IMG/VR virus record: IMGVR_UViG_3300032092_000004
Span: 32,001-96,000 of that record
DNA: 64,000 nucleotides
Origin: a virus
Strand: one strand, 5' to 3'
Both the position numbers and the translations under genes were made by a program. A model generated the notes under the pieces. That model saw nothing but the letters and a program-made list of their open reading frames with translations, made no database searches and was not told the origin of the DNA. Position 1 is the stretch's first letter. Each line of letters opens with the position of its first letter. Positions 52,643 through 59,808 of this stretch are shown here, piece by piece.

Positions 52643-53226
52643 AAATAATAATTACAGAAAAACAATATAATAAACTAACTGAGGATAAACTTCAGAAACT
52701 TTGTTATACAGTATGGAACCAACAAAAAAAGAGAGGTGAAGAACCTTATATTGATGATATAATATACGACATTACAGATATTAGAAAAAACTCAAACGAA
52801 GACTATCAAATCATTAGACCCATTTGGTATAGATATAACGGTGGGTTTAACAATTTATTTGAAAAACTTAAAAATGAAATTGATGGTAAAATATTTGATT
52901 TAGAAACTGATTGGGGTAACGTTGATACAAGAGTAGAAGTTATTAATGTAAATCAGTTTGGTAGATTAGGTGAAGATTTTGGAGTAGATATATTTGTAAA
53001 TCTAGATCCATACGGAACTATGGATTACCGTATGTACGAAGAAGGAACTGATAATGAAATTGAAGTTAACGATACAATAGATGCCGCATACCATGAGGCT
53101 ACTTTGAATTATGAAAGTAGTGATCTTCTTGGATTTTTAAGAGGAGAAGTTTATAGTCTTTTTTATGAAAAATTAGAAAAATATGGAATTCCAATTGATG
53201 TGGATGTTGATCTAAAAGAATTTTAA
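52639..53226 (+). CDS. MKIIITE-leader protein 4
   Basis: MKIIITEKQYNKLTED. Confidence 0.7.
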   Translation: MKIIITEKQYNKLTEDKLQKLCYTVWNQQKKRGEEPYIDDIIYDITDIRKNSNEDYQIIRPIWYRYNGGFNNLFEKLKNEIDGKIFDLETDWGNVDTRVEVINVNQFGRLGEDFGVDIFVNLDPYGTMDYRMYEEGTDNEIEVNDTIDAAYHEATLNYESSDLLGFLRGEVYSLFYEKLEKYGIPIDVDVDLKEF

Positions 53227-53245
53227 CAATATATTTATTATCACT

Positions 53246-53485
53246 ATGGGACCAATCGAAAAAAAAATTTTAGAATTATTAAAAACAGAAGGACTTTGTG
53301 CTGAAACTGTAATGGTTTTGACTATGATTAAAAATCAAGTTAGAGAAGATGAAAAACGAATTGTCAATGAGGCATATCAAAAAGGTTATCATGACAAAGA
53401 AATGAGTCGTAGACCCACTTGGAATTACTTTGATCGTCAATACAAGTGTTACTTCTCAAATATGAAACTTGGTGAATTTAAATAA
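53246..53485 (+). CDS. Hypothetical protein
   Basis: EKRIVNEAYQKG; TATTTAT upstream. Confidence 0.55.
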   Translation: MGPIEKKILELLKTEGLCAETVMVLTMIKNQVREDEKRIVNEAYQKGYHDKEMSRRPTWNYFDRQYKCYFSNMKLGEFK

Positions 53486-53499
53486 TTTTCGTATCTTTG
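53468..53499 (+). promoter_or_regulatory. Bacteroidota sigmaA-type promoter
   Basis: CTTG-20 nt-TATCTTTG. Confidence 0.55.
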
Positions 53500-53503
53500 T
53501 GAT

Positions 53504-53794
53504 ATGGAAGACTTAAACAAACTTGAATTACCCGAAATAAAATCACTATGTAAACAATACGGGATTAGTCCCGTTGGTGACAAAAAATCTCTAATTAAAA
53601 AACTCAAATACTATTTGGATCCTGTTGAGGATGTATTAAATTCTCATCCTGGTAGAAAAATACCAAAGGATAAACAAATTGTTGGTGTCAAGGCAGATAA
53701 AAACGCTGAGATTAACCCTATATTAAAGGCTAAAGGAGTATTCCTATATTATTCTTTAGGATATAATTACTACATGGTGGATAAATCTAACTAA
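53504..53794 (+). CDS. SAP/HeH-like DNA-binding protein
   Basis: LNKLELPEIKSLCKQYGISPVGDKKSLIKKL. Confidence 0.65.
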   Translation: MEDLNKLELPEIKSLCKQYGISPVGDKKSLIKKLKYYLDPVEDVLNSHPGRKIPKDKQIVGVKADKNAEINPILKAKGVFLYYSLGYNYYMVDKSN

Positions 53795-53818
53795 TGTAAT
53801 ATTTATAATAAAAAAACT

Positions 53819-54151
53819 ATGAAAAATAATATTAACGAGGAGATCCAAGGAATGAAATTTTTGTTTCACTACAAACCTGGTGTTGTTTTATCTGAACAAT
53901 TTGAAGATGAAGAATTGGAGGGTGATGAAGTTGAAGACGAGGAATTTGATTTTGATACGTTTGATACTGAAATGGACGAAAACAGAGAAATTCAAATACC
54001 TGTAAGACCTGATGTTGATACACCAACAAAACCAAAAAAACCTGGCACACCATATAGTCCTAAACCAGGACCAAAGAAAAACCCTAAAGCTAAAAAAGGT
54101 GATATGCCTGATTGGTTAAGTTTTGATGAACTTGGAATTGATTTTGAATAA
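53819..54151 (+). CDS. Acidic/Pro-Lys-rich protein with NINEEI...LSEQ leader
   Basis: TATTTATA at 53800. Confidence 0.6.
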   Translation: MKNNINEEIQGMKFLFHYKPGVVLSEQFEDEELEGDEVEDEEFDFDTFDTEMDENREIQIPVRPDVDTPTKPKKPGTPYSPKPGPKKNPKAKKGDMPDWLSFDELGIDFE

Positions 54152-54152
54152 T

Positions 54153-55385
54153 ATGAAAAATATAAATAAAAAATTATACACGGGAGGTATTCCAAAAAAA
54201 GACTTTATTAGACTTATGGAAGCCCCAATTGACTATGAAGGACCTGAAAGAATGGCTTCGGATGTTGAGGGAAAAATTATCAGTAGGAAAACCCCATATA
54301 ATGAATTTCCCGCAATCCCTAATATGGATAGAGACTTTATTGAATTAATCTCATCTAAAAGATTTAAAGACTCAGTTGAAAAAGTTAGAATGGCTATGGG
54401 AGACACAAGAGTTATCCAAGGTCAAAACGCTCTTATGCAATTGATGATGTCTGTTGGACAGGCAATGCAGAGACTTGTTATGATTCAGTCACAAAACAAA
54501 AAACAACTTGAAGATTTAGCAGTTGAACTTGTAAAAAAAGAAATGGGAATCCCTGAAGGAGCAATGCAATTCAAAGCTGAGCTTGTGATGCAACCTATGG
54601 GTGCCGCTGAAGGAATGCAAAGTAAGCCTGAAATGCCAAGTGAGGAAGAAGTTGAGGAATTAATGGGGGACATTGAAAACTTCAACTTAGAAAGGGCTAA
54701 AAGAAGATTTATCAACTCGTTAATTCAAGGAGCAGCTTTCAAAGGTGGTCACATGTATAATCTTGTAAGAAATGAGATTAATGACATCAACCCACAATTA
54801 ATGAACCTTTACGCAGTTACACAATCTTTAATGGAACATGCCTATTGGATCTTCCCTGATATGGAAGGTATGGCCGGTGGCGGTGGTGGTCAAATGGGAC
54901 AATCAGAAGTTGATGAGGAAACTGATCCACCAACAGTTAAAGCTAAGGCGGTTACATTCCCATTGCTTGTACATGAATTAGTTAAAGGTGTATATGAGAT
55001 CTTTGGTACACATGGATTACCTGACGACCCAAGACAACAAGAAATGATTTTAAAGGCTGAAGACACACTTCCTGCTGAGATTTGGGACTCTCGTTTGGGA
55101 CCTATATTTTGGGAAAAGTTTGTAGCGACATACCCAATTGAATTGTTTGATGACGATATGAAACATATCCAACATTACCTATTCATGCGTTTTTCAGCTT
55201 TAAACGCTGAAGAATTTATTAGTTTGGCTAAAAAAATCCTAAGTGGTGATCCAAAAGGACAACAAATAATCCAAAGAATGGTTGATGATATCGTTAAAGA
55301 TTTGAAAGACCAAGATTATAAAGATGCCATGGGAGATGATGATGAAGATTACGGCGATATCGATCTAAGTGATTTGGGACTTTAA
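54153..55385 (+). CDS. Hypothetical protein with HELVKG (zincin-like HExxK variant)
   Basis: Probable ATG at 54153; FPLLVHELVKGVYE. Confidence 0.6.
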   Translation: MKNINKKLYTGGIPKKDFIRLMEAPIDYEGPERMASDVEGKIISRKTPYNEFPAIPNMDRDFIELISSKRFKDSVEKVRMAMGDTRVIQGQNALMQLMMSVGQAMQRLVMIQSQNKKQLEDLAVELVKKEMGIPEGAMQFKAELVMQPMGAAEGMQSKPEMPSEEEVEELMGDIENFNLERAKRRFINSLIQGAAFKGGHMYNLVRNEINDINPQLMNLYAVTQSLMEHAYWIFPDMEGMAGGGGGQMGQSEVDEETDPPTVKAKAVTFPLLVHELVKGVYEIFGTHGLPDDPRQQEMILKAEDTLPAEIWDSRLGPIFWEKFVATYPIELFDDDMKHIQHYLFMRFSALNAEEFISLAKKILSGDPKGQQIIQRMVDDIVKDLKDQDYKDAMGDDDEDYGDIDLSDLGL

Positions 55386-55404
55386 TAAGTCCCATTTCTT
55401 TTTT
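55375..55404 (+). terminator. Intrinsic terminator
   Basis: TGGGACTT-TAAT-AAGTCCCA followed by T-rich run. Confidence 0.75.
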
Positions 55405-55435
55405 ATATGGAATTTTTTTCCTATAATTATTAAAA

Positions 55436-55741
55436 ATGTTAGGTATGAAAAATATTGATTGTGAGATATACATTAAACAACTAATTTCTTTTTTTGAAAA
55501 TAATCCTGGTGACTTAATGCAACTTATAGGGAACGTTCAAAAAAAAGACTTTTATTTGAAACTAAGAGAAAAATCGGAAAATAATGTTGATGAAGGATTG
55601 GATCATGTTTTATCTAGACAACAAATGATTGACATTGTCTTGGAATTGAAAATTCCTGAACTATTTGAAAAACCTAACCCTAAGGCTGTTGTTGAAGGAT
55701 ATGTCCAAAAAACAAAGTGGGGAAAAATTATTTTAAATTAA
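55436..55741 (+). CDS. Hypothetical protein
   Basis: 101 aa ORF. Confidence 0.55.
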   Translation: MLGMKNIDCEIYIKQLISFFENNPGDLMQLIGNVQKKDFYLKLREKSENNVDEGLDHVLSRQQMIDIVLELKIPELFEKPNPKAVVEGYVQKTKWGKIILN

Positions 55742-55742
55742 A

Positions 55743-55773
55743 GTTGGTATTTATTGAAAAATTATTATCTTTG
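55743..55773 (+). promoter_or_regulatory. Bacteroidota sigmaA-type (early) promoter
   Basis: GTTG-19 nt-TATCTTTG. Confidence 0.6.
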
Positions 55774-55796
55774 TAGAGAGATAAACGAGAAACAAA

Positions 55797-55919
55797 ATGA
55801 AAACTATTGAAATAACGATACAGGAGATTTGGCAAGCAACCAGACCTATCGTGCAAAAAAGTAAGAAATCATATACTCGTAAAGTCAAACACAAAAACAA
55901 AGAAAATAATAAACTATGA
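55797..55919 (+). CDS. 40-aa basic peptide, ArfA-like motif (absent from ORF track)
   Basis: MKTIEITIQEIWQATRPIVQKSKKSYTRKVKHKNKENNKL; ATGA overlap with the next gene. Confidence 0.6.
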   Translation: MKTIEITIQEIWQATRPIVQKSKKSYTRKVKHKNKENNKL

Positions 55920-56674
55920 TATACACACCAGAACTAATCAAATCAATTGCACCGGCAGTGTTTGCTACATCACCATCTTCTAAAATGACGAACAAGTATG
56001 AGTTCGTACCAACCAACGAAGTAATGGAGATCTTCGACCGAGAAGGTTGGAAACTATCATCTGTTAAACAAACAGGTAGAGGAATCCACTCAATGCACGA
56101 ATTGAAATACCGAAACAGTGAATTACCAAAAGTTGGTGACACAGTTGTAGAAGCGATTGTTAGAAACTCTCACGATGGAACCGCAACATTCTCTATGGGA
56201 GCAGGGCTATTCCGATTGGTATGTTCAAACGGACTTACAGTTCCTACGTCAGTTGCAGAGAAATTCTCAATTCGACACAATCACTTTTCATTCGACGATG
56301 TTCGAGGTTTAGCTGAGGACTTCTCTAAGAAACTCCCACGAATCGAAGAATCAGTTACCCGAATGATGGAAAAAGAGTTAACTGAAAAAGAAAAACTCCG
56401 TTTAATCAAAGAAGCTGTTAAGATTCGTTGGGCGGTTGGAAATGGACCTGAGTCTATCGACATTACAGACCTTCTAACACCGTTTCGACCTGAGGATGAA
56501 GGAAGTGATCTTTGGACTGTGTTTAATGTGATCCAAGAGAAAATGACTCGAGGTGGATTCACCTACAAAAGTCCGAGAGGAAGACAAACAACACTTCGTG
56601 GAATCAAGAGCATCCAAGCTACGAATCGTTTAAACACTAAACTTTGGGAAGCGGCAGAATTGATGTTGATTTAA
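55916..56674 (+). CDS. DUF932/DUF945 family protein
   Basis: APAVFA...YEFVPT, NSHDGT, GLFRLVCSNGL, DLWTVFNVIQE, LNTKLWE. Confidence 0.8.
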   Translation: MIYTPELIKSIAPAVFATSPSSKMTNKYEFVPTNEVMEIFDREGWKLSSVKQTGRGIHSMHELKYRNSELPKVGDTVVEAIVRNSHDGTATFSMGAGLFRLVCSNGLTVPTSVAEKFSIRHNHFSFDDVRGLAEDFSKKLPRIEESVTRMMEKELTEKEKLRLIKEAVKIRWAVGNGPESIDITDLLTPFRPEDEGSDLWTVFNVIQEKMTRGGFTYKSPRGRQTTLRGIKSIQATNRLNTKLWEAAELMLI

Positions 56675-56680
56675 AACTAC

Positions 56681-56702
56681 GGGGGTGAAAAGCCCCCTTT
56701 TT
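56681..56702 (+). terminator. Intrinsic terminator
   Basis: GGGGG-TGAAAAG-CCCCC-TTTTT. Confidence 0.8.
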
Positions 56703-56707
56703 ATATT

Positions 56708-57052
56708 ATGGAAAAATTCAAACACGAAAAAAGACTTTTAGATTTTCTTGTAGAGGAAAATAAAATACTGTATTCAACAACCCAACTAACGGGTTTTATT
56801 GAACTAACACCTGAAAGTTTACTTGAAAAACCAAGATTTGAGAATTATTTATTGGACGGTATGCAATATACTGACGGGGTTTCATATTCTGATGGAATAT
56901 TTATTTATGATAACAATATTTACATATATTTATCTAAAACTGACCCATTAGTCTCTTCATTTTCTTGTAAGATATATTATCCTATAAATAGAAAAAAAGA
57001 CGTTGAGTTCTTTATATTAAACTTAAAAAAATTAAAAAAAGATGGAAATTAG
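56708..57052 (+). CDS. Hypothetical protein
   Basis: 114 aa. Confidence 0.55.
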   Translation: MEKFKHEKRLLDFLVEENKILYSTTQLTGFIELTPESLLEKPRFENYLLDGMQYTDGVSYSDGIFIYDNNIYIYLSKTDPLVSSFSCKIYYPINRKKDVEFFILNLKKLKKDGN

Positions 57053-57356
57053 TAGCGTTGACTTACAACAAAAAATAAATGCTGGTGAAAAACTTGTGGT
57101 CGAGTTTTGGGCTGAGTGGTGTGGACCATGTAAAATGATGAAACCAATTTTTGAAAGAGTTGCATCGTCAAATGAAACTGAAGTTCAAATGTATACTCTT
57201 AATATTGATAATAACAGAGAAGTCGCTTTAAGTCTTGGTATCAGAAGTATCCCAACCGTAAAGATGTTTAATTCAGGTGAAGTAGTTGAAACAAAGGTGG
57301 GTATAATGAATGAAGGGCAGATAAAAGAAATGGTAAGTGAATTAATCAATGGATAA
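57042..57356 (+). CDS. trxA: Thioredoxin
   Basis: FWAEWCGPCK, IRSIPT. Confidence 0.95.
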   Translation: MEISSVDLQQKINAGEKLVVEFWAEWCGPCKMMKPIFERVASSNETEVQMYTLNIDNNREVALSLGIRSIPTVKMFNSGEVVETKVGIMNEGQIKEMVSELING

Positions 57357-57636
57357 AATTGCAGTTGTGTTTACAATGAAGAGTTGTCCTCATTGTCACA
57401 CATTTAAAAAAATGTTAGAAGAAGCTGACATTGAATTTATTGATAGAGATATTGATGAATATGAAGAAGAATATGATATGTTTGTTGAAGTCACAGGAAA
57501 TGACTTTGTACCGGCATTCATGTTAATTGAAAATCCTGAAAGTGAATCACCAACATCAAATCTATACGCTCCTGATCGAGATTTTGAAGATATAGATGAA
57601 GGATTGCAAATAATCAAAGAATTTTACGAAAGATAA
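57349..57636 (+). CDS. Glutaredoxin-like redoxin with CPHC
   Basis: VFTMKSCPHC...FVPAF. Confidence 0.8.
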   Translation: MDKIAVVFTMKSCPHCHTFKKMLEEADIEFIDRDIDEYEEEYDMFVEVTGNDFVPAFMLIENPESESPTSNLYAPDRDFEDIDEGLQIIKEFYER

Positions 57637-57666
57637 AAAAACCCCTCAATTGAGGGGTTTTCTTTT
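57635..57666. terminator. Bidirectional terminator
   Basis: AAAACCCCTCA-AT-TGAGGGGTTTT between convergent genes. Confidence 0.88.
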
Positions 57667-58360
57667 ATATTAATATTATGTCTTTTAGTCTATCTTGAAT
57701 CAAGTATGGTTTGTCTAATGTCTGATCAGTGACATCTTTTGTAAAGTCGTAGTTAGACATCCTTTCTTTAAACTCAGTAAGATCCATATCAAAACAATCT
57801 AAAACAAGACTTTCAATGGTTTTCTTTGGAACTTGAGAATCACAGATCACTTTAATTCTATAATCCTCATCTTCATTTAGATCACTTGAGTAATGAAAGT
57901 ATACCTTATCAACACCTAACAAAGAATACATTTGATTGAATATGTAATGTGAGTAATATAATATTCCTCTACCACATCCTAAACTATGACCATAAGGAAA
58001 CTCTGATGAAGTGTTTATTTCTGAAATGGGGTCTAATTCGTTAACATACAAAAATTTATTAACTGTGATCCATGCTCTTGGAAAATCTGTGATTTCTTGT
58101 TCATACTTAATGATGTCAATAATGTTAAGACTTTCTTTATTAAGTGATTTAAATAATTCTTTGTTTGATTCTATGAATTCTATTTTAAGTTCATTAAGAT
58201 TTAAAACATTACTACTTATGGTTTGACCGTTTACAACCACAAAGTTTTCACAATCTGTTACTTGAATTATTGTATTTTCTGATTTGTTGAATTTTGACAG
58301 GATGTAGTCTGCGAATAGATTCACAAAATACCGTTTTGTGTTTTTTTCTAATTTTCTCAT
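57665..58360 (-). CDS. Hypothetical protein; N-terminus resembles a degenerate SAM synthetase (MetK) N-domain
   Basis: FVNLFADYILS...IQVTDCENFVVVNGQT versus MetK ICDQISDAILD...ETLV..G.V.VAGEIT. Confidence 0.45.
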   Translation of the reverse strand: MRKLEKNTKRYFVNLFADYILSKFNKSENTIIQVTDCENFVVVNGQTISSNVLNLNELKIEFIESNKELFKSLNKESLNIIDIIKYEQEITDFPRAWITVNKFLYVNELDPISEINTSSEFPYGHSLGCGRGILYYSHYIFNQMYSLLGVDKVYFHYSSDLNEDEDYRIKVICDSQVPKKTIESLVLDCFDMDLTEFKERMSNYDFTKDVTDQTLDKPYLIQDRLKDIILI

Positions 58361-58409
58361 ATTCTTGGTTTTTATAATGAATATGAGAATTAAATGAAAC
58401 TATAAATAG

Positions 58410-59522
58410 TTAGATATATTCAGGAAACATTTCGTTGATGTTTTTCTGTGTTAAAGAGTAATCAGGGTAGTCTGGAATTCTAGCGTCAATACATTCAATT
58501 ATATCATTATTTATTAAGCCTACCAAGAATTCACTATAAGTACCGTAATATTCTAAAAACGAATCACTATAAGTTGAACCCTTGTTATTTTCTAAAAACC
58601 CTCTAATTTCTTTTACAAAATATCTAATTTTAATGTATTGAATGTAACGAGTTTTTCCGTCTTTTCCTGATATCGGAACATCATCAATTTTACCTTCAAA
58701 CAACTCATCTAAACCACCGTAAATGGCATCATAAATTTCTTGTTCGTATGCTGAATTTTCAGAGTTATAATAAAGACTTCTTAATTCTTGACCAATCTCT
58801 TCTAAATCATTACTGAACAGCTCATTAGTTGCGTCGGTATCTTTTAACAAATCGTTTAGATCTTCAGGTCTTATTCTAAAATAACCAGGAGTTCCTTGTT
58901 CTTCAGATAAGGACTCAAAAAAGTCAGAATCATAGTCATCTAAAGATAATTCAGTATTACCAATTTCTTTGTAAACAACATCTTTTAGTTTGGTTAAGTT
59001 TGTGTCGTCTAATTCAGTTACTGTCTCATATGGTAAAGCACCACTATCGTAATAACCATAATCCAAACCTTCCTCACTGAATATTTGTTCTGCAATATGT
59101 CTTACTCCTTCTCTTCTCCCACTACTCCCACAATAAAAGTTTGCCAACTCTTCTCTATTTTTTAGAAATAAATAAAAACCACCATTTCTAATTTCAACAT
59201 CGGTTAATAAATTATTAATAATAAAAAGAATTGTACCTTCATAGTCTTCATCTAATTTACGAAGTAGAAGAACATTTTTTAATTCATCAGGTGCATCATC
59301 ATAACTAAGATTACCTAAAACACCATTTTCATTCAGATATTCTATGATCTCATCATCCCACTGACGGTAACCTACTTGACCTAAATCTAATTCATCTAAA
59401 AGACCGTATTTTTTAACAAACTTAAAAAATGTAATTAAATCATTAAAATACGGCTCAATGTCGTCATCAAAATCGCCATCATTAAATGAATTAACTAATT
59501 GTCTTGCTCTATCTAAACTCAT
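58410..59522 (-). CDS. Highly acidic hypothetical protein
   Basis: 370 aa, D/E/Y-rich. Confidence 0.6.
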   Translation of the reverse strand: MSLDRARQLVNSFNDGDFDDDIEPYFNDLITFFKFVKKYGLLDELDLGQVGYRQWDDEIIEYLNENGVLGNLSYDDAPDELKNVLLLRKLDEDYEGTILFIINNLLTDVEIRNGGFYLFLKNREELANFYCGSSGRREGVRHIAEQIFSEEGLDYGYYDSGALPYETVTELDDTNLTKLKDVVYKEIGNTELSLDDYDSDFFESLSEEQGTPGYFRIRPEDLNDLLKDTDATNELFSNDLEEIGQELRSLYYNSENSAYEQEIYDAIYGGLDELFEGKIDDVPISGKDGKTRYIQYIKIRYFVKEIRGFLENNKGSTYSDSFLEYYGTYSEFLVGLINNDIIECIDARIPDYPDYSLTQKNINEMFPEYI

Positions 59523-59524
59523 TT

Positions 59525-59779
59525 TTAGTTGTTTTGATTCTCAGGTTCTTGATATAATACGTTAGTTTCATTTAAATTAATAGTGATATTATCAACAGTT
59601 AATAAATCACCGTTAACTTGAAAATCAGTTCTATATTGTAATACTGATCCTGAAGGAATGTTTGATGTGTCAACATCCAACCCCATAACTTCTTCACCAA
59701 TAAAGATGTTAAAGATTAAATCTTGGATTACCTCAACTGCGGTAATTGTTCTTCCGTTTAAATATTCATTAATTGTCAT
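59525..59779 (-). CDS. Hypothetical protein
   Basis: 84 aa. Confidence 0.55.
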   Translation of the reverse strand: MTINEYLNGRTITAVEVIQDLIFNIFIGEEVMGLDVDTSNIPSGSVLQYRTDFQVNGDLLTVDNITINLNETNVLYQEPENQNN

Positions 59780-59808
59780 AATTTTGTTTTTTTATTTTTA
59801 TTTAGTTA

